A stretch of DNA of 64,000 nucleotides, from NCBI GenBank assembly GCA_021399345.1, contig JAAFKI010000182.1:9937-73936 (forward strand), in the 5' to 3' direction. This stretch comes from Candidatus Heimdallarchaeota archaeon. Lineage in GTDB: Archaea > Asgardarchaeota > Heimdallarchaeia > Heimdallarchaeales > Heimdallarchaeaceae. Shown here in pieces: positions 52,127 through 61,588 of this stretch (position 1 is its first letter; each line of letters opens with the position of its first letter). The notes below the pieces were generated by a model. The model searched no databases and was not told where the DNA came from. It saw nothing but the letters and a program-made list of their open reading frames with translations. The position numbers and the translations under genes were made by a program.

Positions 52127-53536
52127 GTGTTATGTTTGCCGGCAATATCTAGTTGTAGTTTTTGTAGTGGTCCAGCACAATACTATTGTAAATCATGCAA
52201 GAGAAAACTTTGTACTGAACATATTCATATATCAAATACAGTATACTTCTGCTCAACTTGTGAAACTGAGAGCCTTGACTCAAAATGTCAAAAGTGTGGT
52301 TCAGCTACAGAATTTTCCAGAAATGAGCCTACTAATAGCTGTGAATGGTGTAAATCAATAGATGTTGAAGACGGACTTCTTTATCATCAACAGCTTCCAC
52401 ATTTGATATTTTCTTCATTTACTCTGTTGAACAAGAAGCTTGCTCAAGTGTGGGATCTTACTCAGAAATATCTTGAAATTGTTAAGAATGTCTTTGAAAT
52501 TAGAAAAGCGAAAATTATGCTTTTTGGAGATGTGGAAGATGAAATTACTTTACTTAGAAGTAAAATTTCGATATTCATTGATCAACTTGTTAAATTTGAA
52601 AATGATACTTTTGCAATGGTTGATGAGAAACTACGTGCAATCGGTTATATGAGATTTACAAATGTGGATAACATAGAAAGAGGAGAAGAAATCCTTAATT
52701 TACTTCAAGGTCGATTAGACTTACTTGATACCACAATAAAGTCAAAGTTTAATGAAATGAATGAAGATTTTCAAACTCTTAATCAAAAAGTAGATTTTCT
52801 TGGTTTTCAATTTCGTTTGTTAAGTAAGATTCATCATCTCCTACCTGAAGACAAGGAAGAACATTTAATTTCCATTCTTCCACGGATTTGGCTAAGGAAG
52901 AACAGTAAATTACCAAAGAAATATCTTGTTGTTCTGACTAGTAAGAATTTATACTTGCTCCGAGAAAAAGGTTTGTTTAATGTTAGGTTAAAAACAAAAG
53001 AAACTATCAGCTTATCGTATATTATAAACAAACAATATATTTCCAGATTATTATCTCACAACATGTTTTGCTTCAAAACTAGATTAGATTCATATTCATT
53101 TCTTGGAAGAAAGGAGAGTCTTGATCAATTTATGATTTATTTTGAAATCATCGAAAATTACATCGATTATTCAATTCATAAATCCTCAATAATTGAAGAT
53201 CTCAAGTACTATTCACTAACCATTAATGAACTAAAAACAAACATACAAAGAAATGTAAGTCACCTCCGTGCTTATTTGCTTAATAAACGTGAATTGAAAC
53301 GCGAATTATACTGGAGAGAAGGACAAGATGCAAGATTCAAGAAACTGTTTGAGCAACTACTAGCTGTAGAACGAAAAATACATCGATTAAATGAAACCAG
53401 AAGGCATGGTTCTCGGGGTACCAAAGGTATAGATGGATTATTAAGAAAACTAACCAGCGAACATCATAGGCTCAAACGACATTTAGATGACATTCAAAGA
53501 AAAAGTGAAGAATTTGATGACATGTGGGAACTTTGA
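52127..53536 (+). CDS. Multi-Zn-finger (B-box-like) / coiled-coil / PH-like domain protein
   Basis: CSFC-x7-CKSCKRKLCTEH B-box pattern, further CxxC pairs, long coiled coil, YLVVLTSKNLYLLREKGLF PH-like strands and a C-terminal coiled coil. Confidence 0.68.
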   Translation: MLCLPAISSCSFCSGPAQYYCKSCKRKLCTEHIHISNTVYFCSTCETESLDSKCQKCGSATEFSRNEPTNSCEWCKSIDVEDGLLYHQQLPHLIFSSFTLLNKKLAQVWDLTQKYLEIVKNVFEIRKAKIMLFGDVEDEITLLRSKISIFIDQLVKFENDTFAMVDEKLRAIGYMRFTNVDNIERGEEILNLLQGRLDLLDTTIKSKFNEMNEDFQTLNQKVDFLGFQFRLLSKIHHLLPEDKEEHLISILPRIWLRKNSKLPKKYLVVLTSKNLYLLREKGLFNVRLKTKETISLSYIINKQYISRLLSHNMFCFKTRLDSYSFLGRKESLDQFMIYFEIIENYIDYSIHKSSIIEDLKYYSLTINELKTNIQRNVSHLRAYLLNKRELKRELYWREGQDARFKKLFEQLLAVERKIHRLNETRRHGSRGTKGIDGLLRKLTSEHHRLKRHLDDIQRKSEEFDDMWEL

Positions 53537-53560
53537 GAGTTTTATATGTTTTTTATTCGC

Positions 53561-53941
53561 TTAATTTTTCCATACTTTAAGAAACTCAGGCATTATCTCA
53601 AATTTTACAATAGGGATGTTTAACCATTTAGGATCTGTAGCATCATTAGAAAATTCAATTGTTTCTTCTGTTGCTGTTTTATACCTTAAGAATGACTTTG
53701 TAGGCATTTCTTCTTCATCAGTCCACACAATTATTGGAAGTGCTTTAAGTTCGTAATATCCTAAGCTTGTGTTAAAAACAAAGTATATTGTCCTATCAGC
53801 TTCCTCAAAATGACCAATGTATCCTGCTATTCGGTCAGGGCCAATACTGGATATAACCATTCTAACCAAATCTTTCAAAGATGCTAGTTTGATTCCAGCT
53901 GGTGATTTTAGATTTTTAGTATTCTCTGCCATAGTAATCAC
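53561..53941 (-). CDS. Conserved hypothetical archaeal protein
   Basis: 126-aa ORF with AGTGAT SD-like motif, co-oriented just downstream of atpK. Confidence 0.7.
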   Translation of the reverse strand: MITMAENTKNLKSPAGIKLASLKDLVRMVISSIGPDRIAGYIGHFEEADRTIYFVFNTSLGYYELKALPIIVWTDEEEMPTKSFLRYKTATEETIEFSNDATDPKWLNIPIVKFEIMPEFLKVWKN

Positions 53942-53968
53942 TGAAAAAAGAGAAGTAAAGAGAGGGAA

Positions 53969-54268
53969 TTAGAATACAAGTAGGATAGCTACTAGTAGAC
54001 CATAAATAGCCACAGCTTCAATCAACACTATGAAGAGAAAAGCTTTTCCGAAAACTTCAGGTTTTTCCACAATGGCACCTATAGCTGCACTTCCTGCCAT
54101 CCCCATTCCTATAGCGGCTGCGCTTCCTGCTATACCAACTGCTAGAGCTGCACCGATTGGTGTTAAATCTGGAGTTTGAGCTAAAGCTGTTTCTGAAGCA
54201 AGAATCACTAAACTTGTTATTATTGCCAATATTGTAAAATTTCTTTTAGATTTCTTTTGAAAACGCAT
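53969..54268 (-). CDS. atpK: A/V-type ATPase proteolipid subunit K (c), single hairpin with signal-like N-terminal extension
   Basis: IGAALAVGIAG..AAIGMG.AGSAAIGAIVEKPEVFGK.....LIEAVAIYGL with the ion-carrying Glu. SD AGGTGA. Confidence 0.93.
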   Translation of the reverse strand: MRFQKKSKRNFTILAIITSLVILASETALAQTPDLTPIGAALAVGIAGSAAAIGMGMAGSAAIGAIVEKPEVFGKAFLFIVLIEAVAIYGLLVAILLVF

Positions 54269-54429
54269 GCAATTTCACCTTTTTTACAAGACCAGTTACC
54301 GTAGGTTAATTTAAAAATTTCGGAAAGACAGCAAATCATTTTTTGAGTTAAAATAAATTCTGAAACAATACATATAATAACCACGAAAGCTTAAATATGA
54401 ATATACTATAATTGGAAGCAGTGATTTAG

Positions 54430-55044
54430 ATGTTCCGTGACTTTATGGGTTGGCTTTTGGGTACAAAGAAGAGTCCTCGTGATCATATAATTAATCTTCG
54501 ATTAACTGTAAGAAGATTAGAACGGGCACAAAGGAAACTTTCTCGTGATGAATCGAAGATGCAATTGAAAATGAAACAAAACATCCAACGAGGAGATTTA
54601 GAATCTGCAAGATTATTCGCTACCGACATTGTACGCAATAGAAGATGGGAATTTGGATATCAGAAGTTAGTTTCGCGTATGAATGGACTAATCTTTAAAT
54701 TAGAACGAGCCGATACTGCAGCAAGTATGGCTGAAGAAATGCATGGTATTGCTTCTGCTTTACGAACCGCAAATGCTCAATTACAGATCCCAGATTTAGA
54801 TAGAGTTATTCAAGATATGGAAAGTTCCATTGATGGAATCGAAGAGTCAACCGGAACTATTGAAGATGGTATTGACGATTTACTGGTTGCTGATACCGAT
54901 CCAGCTGAAGTAGATAGATTAATTGAACAAACAGCTGCTGAATTAGGTGTTTCCACTCAAGCTGGATTGCCAACAGTTGGAGTAGTGCAAACAGATGATT
55001 TGGAGGACGAAATCCAGAAATTAAGAAGAAAAGAAGAGGATTAA
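54430..55044 (+). CDS. ESCRT-III subunit, Vps2/24/46 class
   Basis: Amphipathic N-terminal helix MFRDFMGWLLG, Snf7-fold helical hairpin, acidic C-terminus ending in MIM1-like LEDEIQKLRR. Confidence 0.9.
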   Translation: MFRDFMGWLLGTKKSPRDHIINLRLTVRRLERAQRKLSRDESKMQLKMKQNIQRGDLESARLFATDIVRNRRWEFGYQKLVSRMNGLIFKLERADTAASMAEEMHGIASALRTANAQLQIPDLDRVIQDMESSIDGIEESTGTIEDGIDDLLVADTDPAEVDRLIEQTAAELGVSTQAGLPTVGVVQTDDLEDEIQKLRRKEED

Positions 55045-55057
55045 AAGGTGAATAAAA

Positions 55058-55711
55058 ATGGTTAAGAATTGGCTTTTTGGAAAAAAAAGAAAAGAAGATG
55101 CTGATGCATTATCTACACTCAAAGGACAACAAAACAGATTACAAGCAGAAGCTAGAAATCTTGAAAGACAATCAGATGAACAGAAAATCTTAGCCTCAAA
55201 AATGCTCAAAGCTGGTAACAAAGCTGGGGCAAGACAAGCTCTAAAAAGAAGAGCCGTTTTCATGAAAAGGCTGAACACAGTTCATAATACAGGAATGAAT
55301 TTACAAGCTCAGATAGATAGTATACAAACTGCTACTTCAACAGCAGAGACTGTAAAAGCTATGGAACTTGGTACTAAAGTTGTTGGTGAGAAAATCAAAA
55401 GTGTTTCTCCTGAAAGGACAGAACGTGTTATGGATTCCGTAATGGAACAGAGAGATCAAATTGAAATGATGACTGAAGCTCTATCTGATCCAAGCTTATC
55501 TGAAGGCATTCTAGATTTTGAAGATGATGCAGCTATTGATGAGCAGTTAGCTCAATTAGAAGCTGAGATGGATTTAGGTACAACAACAAGCTTACCAGAT
55601 GTTAGTGGTCTTCCTTCCACTCCTGTTGGAACAGGTGACAAAGAAGAAGATACATCAGAGCTTGAAGCTGAGCTTGAGGGATTAAAGAAGAAAATGAGTG
55701 AAGATAATTAG
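55058..55711 (+). CDS. ESCRT-III subunit, Vps20/32/60 (Snf7) class
   Basis: MVKNWLFGKK, KAGNKAGARQALKRR, IDEQLAQLEAE, LPDVSGLPSTP (MIM2-like), ELEAELEGLK. Confidence 0.92.
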   Translation: MVKNWLFGKKRKEDADALSTLKGQQNRLQAEARNLERQSDEQKILASKMLKAGNKAGARQALKRRAVFMKRLNTVHNTGMNLQAQIDSIQTATSTAETVKAMELGTKVVGEKIKSVSPERTERVMDSVMEQRDQIEMMTEALSDPSLSEGILDFEDDAAIDEQLAQLEAEMDLGTTTSLPDVSGLPSTPVGTGDKEEDTSELEAELEGLKKKMSEDN

Positions 55712-55836
55712 CTCTTCCTCTTTTTGTATTTTTATCTTTGTTAGTTCTTACAATCCGTACTATAAAATTTGTCAATTTAGTATGAAACAAAATGAAACAT
55801 TTTATATTAGATAAATGGAATAAATAGATAGAGGTT

Positions 55837-56991
55837 GTGAATCACGTGTCTGCTCAAGGATTAATAGATCATGCAAGAGATTTTGCAGTCAAAGCCTATT
55901 CCTTTGATAAAGAAAAAAACTACAGTGAAGCTATTCCACACTATTTAGATGCTGCTGAAGCTTTAATGAAAGCCATAAAATTTGAAAGAAACCCTCAAGT
56001 TGCTCGTTCTCTTAAGAAGAAAGCCAATATGTACATTAGTAGAGCAAGGGAACTAAGGGAACTTCTAGAGAAGAGAAAAGAAAGGAAATCTAAGGCAGGA
56101 AGTGATGACGAGGAAGAAAAACTAGAAAATGCTATTTCTGATATAATCGTTACAGAGAAACCAAATATTTCTTTATCTGATATAGCAGGTCTAGAAACCG
56201 CAAAGCAAACCTTGAGAGAAGCTATTGTTTTACCTCTGATGCGACCTGATTTATTCTCTGGAGCAAGAAAACCATGGAAAGGTATTTTGCTTTTTGGTCC
56301 TCCTGGTTGTGGTAAAACTCTTTTAGCAAAAGCAACAGCAGCTGAAGTAGAAGCAACTTTCTTTAATGTCAGTGCATCCTCAATCATTTCAAAATGGCTT
56401 GGTGAATCAGAGAAATTGGTTAAACAGCTTTTCGAATTAGCAGATGAAAAACAACCCAGTATTATTTTTATTGATGAAGTTGATGCTTTAGCTGGCGCCA
56501 GAGGTGGAGAACATGATGCAATGCGTAGAGTTAAAACAGAGCTCTTAACATCAATGGACGGACTATCGAGTTCCGAAACTGACAGAATAGTTACTGTTGG
56601 TGCTACTAATATGCCTGAATCTATAGACGGAGCATTCAGAAGAAGATTCGAGAGAAGAATTTACATTCCTTTACCAGATTTACCAGCTCGTGAAGCTATT
56701 TTTCTTTTCAATACCAAAGGTGTTGAACTAGCTGAAGATGCTGATTTCGAAGTTCTAGCAGAAATCACAGAAGGTTATTCAGGTTCTGATATTGCGATGG
56801 TATGTAGAGAAGCGATCATGACTCCAATCAGAGAACTTGACATGGCAGGAGCTATAGAAGATACTTCAGTAGCTGCCCGGGCAGTAACTCAAGATGATTT
56901 TCTTGAAGCAATTGAATCAATCAGTCCCTCTGTAAGTGATGATGAAATAGAAAAATACGATAACTGGAATGAAGAATTCGGCAGCGCATGA
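55837..56991 (+). CDS. vps4: Vps4 AAA ATPase (MIT + AAA)
   Basis: N-terminal MIT domain, GLETAKQTLREAIVLP, PWKGILLFGPPGCGKT, SKWLGESEK, RRVKTELL, RRRFERRIYIPLP, EEFGS end. Confidence 0.95.
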   Translation: MNHVSAQGLIDHARDFAVKAYSFDKEKNYSEAIPHYLDAAEALMKAIKFERNPQVARSLKKKANMYISRARELRELLEKRKERKSKAGSDDEEEKLENAISDIIVTEKPNISLSDIAGLETAKQTLREAIVLPLMRPDLFSGARKPWKGILLFGPPGCGKTLLAKATAAEVEATFFNVSASSIISKWLGESEKLVKQLFELADEKQPSIIFIDEVDALAGARGGEHDAMRRVKTELLTSMDGLSSSETDRIVTVGATNMPESIDGAFRRRFERRIYIPLPDLPAREAIFLFNTKGVELAEDADFEVLAEITEGYSGSDIAMVCREAIMTPIRELDMAGAIEDTSVAARAVTQDDFLEAIESISPSVSDDEIEKYDNWNEEFGSA

Positions 56992-57764
56992 TTTTAGAGG
57001 TTAAATCCATGTCCACCACTGAGAAGAAGAAGCCTAAGAAGGAGAAATCATCTGAAATAGATTTAAAAAAATTAAAAGATGAAAAAGAGATTTCAGATGA
57101 GAAATTAAAACTAATTGAAGCTAGTATTAAAGGTTTGGAGGTTACAGCTGAAGAATTAAAAGTTACTCTGCCTGTTGATGCCATTTTTGTAAAAGAAGAT
57201 CTCTCTAAAGATCAAAGGGCTATGCTTGAATTAGAATTTGAGGAAGAACTTCCAGAATGGGTAAAAAGGCCATGGATGTATATCAAACCTAAGAAATCTG
57301 ATCAAATTGAATCATGGCTTCAGAGTTGGTCTGCTATTGTATTAGATTACTCCCGTGTTTTTGTTATTCATGTATTTAACATTAATGACTTGAGAATTGT
57401 TCACCCCTTCAATAACAAAAAATTAGGTAAAAGATTAACACTTGGACAAGTAAGAAGTATCATTGATCATTTGGTTCATCAGAATATTGCTCGTTGGCTA
57501 GATGAAGAAACAAAAACAAGAGCTCGTATTTATTGGAAATCAAATGAAGAATGGGCGGATTCATTATTAGACTTCATGATAGATACTGGAAGAGTGATTG
57601 AAGTACACTCGCTTTACGATTTAACTCAAATGGACCAAAAATGGGGGGATTTACCAGCCGATGATCTTATTATTGTATGTGAAATGCTAATAGAACGTAA
57701 AGTTGCTCGTTGGTTAAATAAAGAAAAAACAATAATTCAGTTTGAAGCTGATAAAGTGTTTTAG
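56988..57764 (+). CDS. ESCRT-II subunit Vps25-like with charged N-terminal extension
   Basis: QIESWLQSWSAIVLDY, PFNNKKLGKRL, IYWKSNEEWADSL tandem WH pattern; follows vps4. Confidence 0.85.
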   Translation: MILEVKSMSTTEKKKPKKEKSSEIDLKKLKDEKEISDEKLKLIEASIKGLEVTAEELKVTLPVDAIFVKEDLSKDQRAMLELEFEEELPEWVKRPWMYIKPKKSDQIESWLQSWSAIVLDYSRVFVIHVFNINDLRIVHPFNNKKLGKRLTLGQVRSIIDHLVHQNIARWLDEETKTRARIYWKSNEEWADSLLDFMIDTGRVIEVHSLYDLTQMDQKWGDLPADDLIIVCEMLIERKVARWLNKEKTIIQFEADKVF

Positions 57765-57780
57765 TTGACTTTTTCTAGAA

Positions 57781-58506
57781 CTATAAACCCATCAATCCAG
57801 GGAACCAGAATTTCACTCCTTCTGAATAACTCCTGTCAACTCGAGCTATGCTATTTTCTTCAAAGAATTTTAAACATCTATCTATTCTCTCTTCAGTCCA
57901 ACTTGTTCTCATGAGTAAATCTTCCTTTGTAACAAAACCAACTCTGGATGCATAATTTAGGATAACATCGTGGTCTGGACTAAACTCAACAGGAACAAAT
58001 TCAACAATCTTCAATCCTGAATCTAACACTCTATATGGTGGGATTAATTGAGTATTGATTAATTTCTCCAAGGATCGATACATGTCATCAATTGAAACCA
58101 TCCTCCCAGGACGAGTTTTATTTAGCTGAGTGAATAGTTCTCCGATGGCCATAATTCCACCGTTTTCTGATATCATTTGTTGCCCTATTTCAAGAATTTC
58201 ATTAGCTAATACATCAAAGAAGCCCCTTCCAGTAAGTTTATCTTTGAGAGTTGGAGTTTCTTTCCAGTCAAAACGTCCAATTTCGGTGGGTAATCCTAAT
58301 TCTTCTCTCAGATTTGCTAATTTATCATAATAATCTTTATTTTCAGAGATCTTATCACCGTATTTTTTCTCAAACTTTTTCAGTTGTTTTTTGACTTCGC
58401 TAATATTATTTACCATCTGTTCTAATTCTTTAATCATTAGCTCTGCCGCTTTTACTTTAAAAGCTGACTTAATTTTGATCTTTTTCTCTATATCTCTTAA
58501 ACCCAC
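57781..58506 (-). CDS. ESCRT-II subunit Vps22/Vps36 (EAP30 domain)
   Basis: FFDVLANEILEIG..ENGGIM, VSIDDMYRSLEKL, WTEERI, KFWFPGL C-terminus. Confidence 0.9.
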   Translation of the reverse strand: MGLRDIEKKIKIKSAFKVKAAELMIKELEQMVNNISEVKKQLKKFEKKYGDKISENKDYYDKLANLREELGLPTEIGRFDWKETPTLKDKLTGRGFFDVLANEILEIGQQMISENGGIMAIGELFTQLNKTRPGRMVSIDDMYRSLEKLINTQLIPPYRVLDSGLKIVEFVPVEFSPDHDVILNYASRVGFVTKEDLLMRTSWTEERIDRCLKFFEENSIARVDRSYSEGVKFWFPGLMGL

Positions 58507-58575
58507 TTCTATCTCCAGCTTTGTTATTGTCTAGGACTTATTTATATCTTCTCAAATTAATTGATTAAATGATTA

Positions 58576-58890
58576 TTATATAGTGTTTGATAATTCTAAA
58601 AGCCATTTCTTTATCTTTTCAGTTAAAGAGCTACTCTCCCTTGGTGAAAGAAAAGCTGCAAGTTTGTTTTTATATTTGTTAAAATATGAATTATAGATAT
58701 TCATCATTTCTTTATGAATTTGCTTCCCTTCTTCTCCTAAATTCTTAATTTCGTATGAAATATCTTCTAATTCCTCAAGAATATAGCCCACATCTATCTT
58801 AATCTCTATCATGTTGATTAATTCAAACATTTCTTTTCGAATGTTAACAAATATCTCGTTAATAGAGCTGGTTCTTTCCAAGTAATTCAC
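58576..58890 (-). CDS. Hypothetical helical protein inside the ubiquitin-ESCRT cluster
   Basis: 104-aa ORF filling the gap between ESCRT-I and Vps22/36 on the same strand. Confidence 0.65.
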   Translation of the reverse strand: MNYLERTSSINEIFVNIRKEMFELINMIEIKIDVGYILEELEDISYEIKNLGEEGKQIHKEMMNIYNSYFNKYKNKLAAFLSPRESSSLTEKIKKWLLELSNTI

Positions 58891-58954
58891 CTAGTAACTT
58901 ATCTTAAAGAATGGAAAGAAAGGAAACTAGAAATTTTCAAGTCTTTTATTGACA

Positions 58955-60403
58955 TTAAAGTTCTTTCAATACTCTTCGAAAGTCATTTAACCAACGAGCT
59001 GCTTGAAATTCTAATTTTTCGCAATCTTCTTCTTTAATGATCTCCTGAGGCTTATATTTTCCTATAATTTCACGCCAATTATTCATATCTCCAATAGCCC
59101 AATGGTCTTTTGGTATTGAAGGAAATGTTGTCAGAATGTGAATCATTTCTTCGATGTCTGCAAGTAAGAGATCTGCTCTAGCTACTGATCTTAATCTAGT
59201 TAAATCAATAAGTTCAATCGCAGATGAAACGAAATCAGCTGTTTTAGATGGGATTTTTTTGAGGGTATCAAATGGAATTGAGCTGGTATCAGCGGTTTCT
59301 TCCCCTTCAACAACCATGAGTTGTTTGATTCCCTTTTGATATCTATTATTTAGATTCTCTCGTTTCACAAAATCATCTAAATCAAAGCCTATTTTTTCTA
59401 ATTCTAATCTTGTTTTGAAAATTCCTCTAATGAGAGCACGAAGTTGTTTTCTATAAGCAATTTGCTCAATTTCACTTTTTTCGTAACTTCTGACTAAATT
59501 GTCTAAAGTTGCTATTGAAGCAAATAAATCAGCTTCCAAATTCAGTATTTTTTCTTCTGCTTTTGTCATGTCACCACTTGAGCTACTTTTAACTTGAGTG
59601 AGTTGTTTCTCAGCTATAAAACCTTTTTTAGTATATCTTTTATGTAATTTGAGGTAATCAATATTAGTCATATCGCCATCATCAAATTTTTCCTGTACTA
59701 TTTCTAGAGTATCTTGGACAGCTAATGATTCAGCTCTCAAATCCTCTTCTAATGATATAGAAATCTCTTTAGTTCTACTTTGTACAGCTATTCCGCCTTC
59801 TTTCAATAGAGCTTCTCTTTCTTTTTCTATATCTCTGGAAACATGCTCTATTTTATCTTGATAATTGACAATTGTTTTATCAATGGAGCGTCTTTCTTCC
59901 TCAATTCTTGGATCTATACTTGAAAAAGAAGCTTGAGGTATTGTTTTTACAGGAATTGTTACTCTAGGTAATGTAGAAAATCTATGTTCCCCTTTTGGTT
60001 TCTTAGTCTTTGTCTTGTATGTTTTAGCAGGAACATTGATGAAAAGTTGTTTTAAATCAATCATAACCTGATAAATATGATACCTAGGTTCCCATTCTGC
60101 AAGAAGACGCATACTTAATGTGCCATCTTCATCAACATTAGGGTGATTTACTTTAGGAGTAATATCAACAAATGGGGGTATTTCAGGGAAACCATCCTGA
60201 ATGTAAATGTTAGCAAAAATTGGTATTTCAGTACCTTCTATTGTTCCAACATAGCCCTTCCATTGTTTCAAATTACCTCTAACTGGTTCGAAATTTATTT
60301 GTTTATCGAATACTAATTGCATTTCATTTGCAAGATGGAAATCGTCTGTGGAAATTTTGTTCACCTTTCTAATTATCTCTCTAAATAATTTGATACCAAT
60401 CAA
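58955..60403 (-). CDS. Fused ESCRT-I protein: UEV, stalk, steadiness-box-like helices, Vps28-like domain
   Basis: E2 fold FPEIPPFV...VNHPNVDEDGTLSM lacks the catalytic Cys. EADLFASIATLDNLVRSY (Vps28 N-terminus) and TADFVSSAIELIDL...NNWREII...LEFQA (Vps28 CTD). Confidence 0.87.
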   Translation of the reverse strand: MIGIKLFREIIRKVNKISTDDFHLANEMQLVFDKQINFEPVRGNLKQWKGYVGTIEGTEIPIFANIYIQDGFPEIPPFVDITPKVNHPNVDEDGTLSMRLLAEWEPRYHIYQVMIDLKQLFINVPAKTYKTKTKKPKGEHRFSTLPRVTIPVKTIPQASFSSIDPRIEEERRSIDKTIVNYQDKIEHVSRDIEKEREALLKEGGIAVQSRTKEISISLEEDLRAESLAVQDTLEIVQEKFDDGDMTNIDYLKLHKRYTKKGFIAEKQLTQVKSSSSGDMTKAEEKILNLEADLFASIATLDNLVRSYEKSEIEQIAYRKQLRALIRGIFKTRLELEKIGFDLDDFVKRENLNNRYQKGIKQLMVVEGEETADTSSIPFDTLKKIPSKTADFVSSAIELIDLTRLRSVARADLLLADIEEMIHILTTFPSIPKDHWAIGDMNNWREIIGKYKPQEIIKEEDCEKLEFQAARWLNDFRRVLKEL

Positions 60404-60444
60404 AGTTTAAAAAATGTTGCATTTGAAAAGTGAAAAAGATCTGA

Positions 60445-61449
60445 TTATTCAGATAATTGCAAAACTATTTTGATTGGTTGAGCTAAATTCTTGTCTAGAA
60501 CGAATACAATAGCCTTTTTCGAATCCAGTGCATCTTCAAGTAATAATTCAACCTCTAACAGTTTTCCTTGCACCATTAAGTCTGGTTTTTCTAACCCATA
60601 AGTCAACATTAGTCTCATTCTGAGTTCTTTTACAGTTTCAGTTGGAAGCGCCACAAACTCGATTTGTTCTAATTTGTACATCTCGCCACAAGCTGGACAT
60701 TCCTTGGATTTTTCTAGTTCTAGAATTGTAGTAGCATTATGAAGACCATCATAGAAAAGATAATTTTCCAATTTTTCACCTAGTTCCAGAATTATTTTTA
60801 GTGTTTCCTGAGCCATTATTCCCCCAATAATTGATGATAATGTGGCAACAGCTGGCAATGGAGGCTCTGCATCAATTTCTTTTCTCTCTTTTTTCCTTTC
60901 ATCCCCAAATGGAGAGCATGCTTGAGCTAACTCTTCGTCTGGTACCAAAGGCTGGCATTCAAAACACGCTGTTTCATATGGAATAATTACTTGTGCATTA
61001 CCTAAGAAAGCAAACATACCCCCCATAACAAGTGGTTTTTTTACTCGAATAGCCATCGAATTGATCCATCTTCTTCCAATAAATGTATCTAAACAAGCCA
61101 CTATAACATTTGCTTGCTCATAAACTGAAGCTGAAATATTCTCCATCTTTTTATGATAAAAATCAATTTCAATATTGGGATTTATTTCTTTCAATCTTTG
61201 TACAGCTGTTTCTGATTTTGATTTACCAACATCCTCGTCTTTAAACAATAATTGTCGATTTAGATTAGAAACCTCAATTGTATCAAAATCAATAATCGTA
61301 AGTTTCCCTATTCCTGAAGAGACAAGTACAGTTGCCACATAGCTCCCTATTGCTCCAACCCCCACTAGAACAACAGAACTATTGTCAAGTTTTAGTTGGT
61401 CCCATCCTGGGATAAGTTGTTGTCTTGAGTAGCGCTCATCTCCATCCAT
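60445..61449 (-). CDS. Ubiquitin-activating E1 enzyme (ThiF/MoeB fold plus C-terminal ubiquitin-fold-like domain)
   Basis: RYSRQ, GVGAIG, DFDTIEVSNLNRQ, CFEC/CPAC Zn site, candidate catalytic Cys in LAQACSP. Confidence 0.9.
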   Translation of the reverse strand: MDGDERYSRQQLIPGWDQLKLDNSSVVLVGVGAIGSYVATVLVSSGIGKLTIIDFDTIEVSNLNRQLLFKDEDVGKSKSETAVQRLKEINPNIEIDFYHKKMENISASVYEQANVIVACLDTFIGRRWINSMAIRVKKPLVMGGMFAFLGNAQVIIPYETACFECQPLVPDEELAQACSPFGDERKKERKEIDAEPPLPAVATLSSIIGGIMAQETLKIILELGEKLENYLFYDGLHNATTILELEKSKECPACGEMYKLEQIEFVALPTETVKELRMRLMLTYGLEKPDLMVQGKLLEVELLLEDALDSKKAIVFVLDKNLAQPIKIVLQLSE

Positions 61450-61588
61450 TTAATGAACTCCTTGAATGACTCACATAGAAAGAACTGATATAAGTTTCTT
61501 TTTACTATCACACTGAAAACAACGATAAAAACTATAAAAAGAGCTTTTTATGAAAGAAAATTAAATCAAAAGAAGTGTTTAGATAAAA

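Noticed and set aside
60020-60403. N-terminal domain of the ESCRT-I fusion as an active E2 enzyme
   Set aside because: The catalytic Cys position after HPN is Ser, so it is called a UEV domain.
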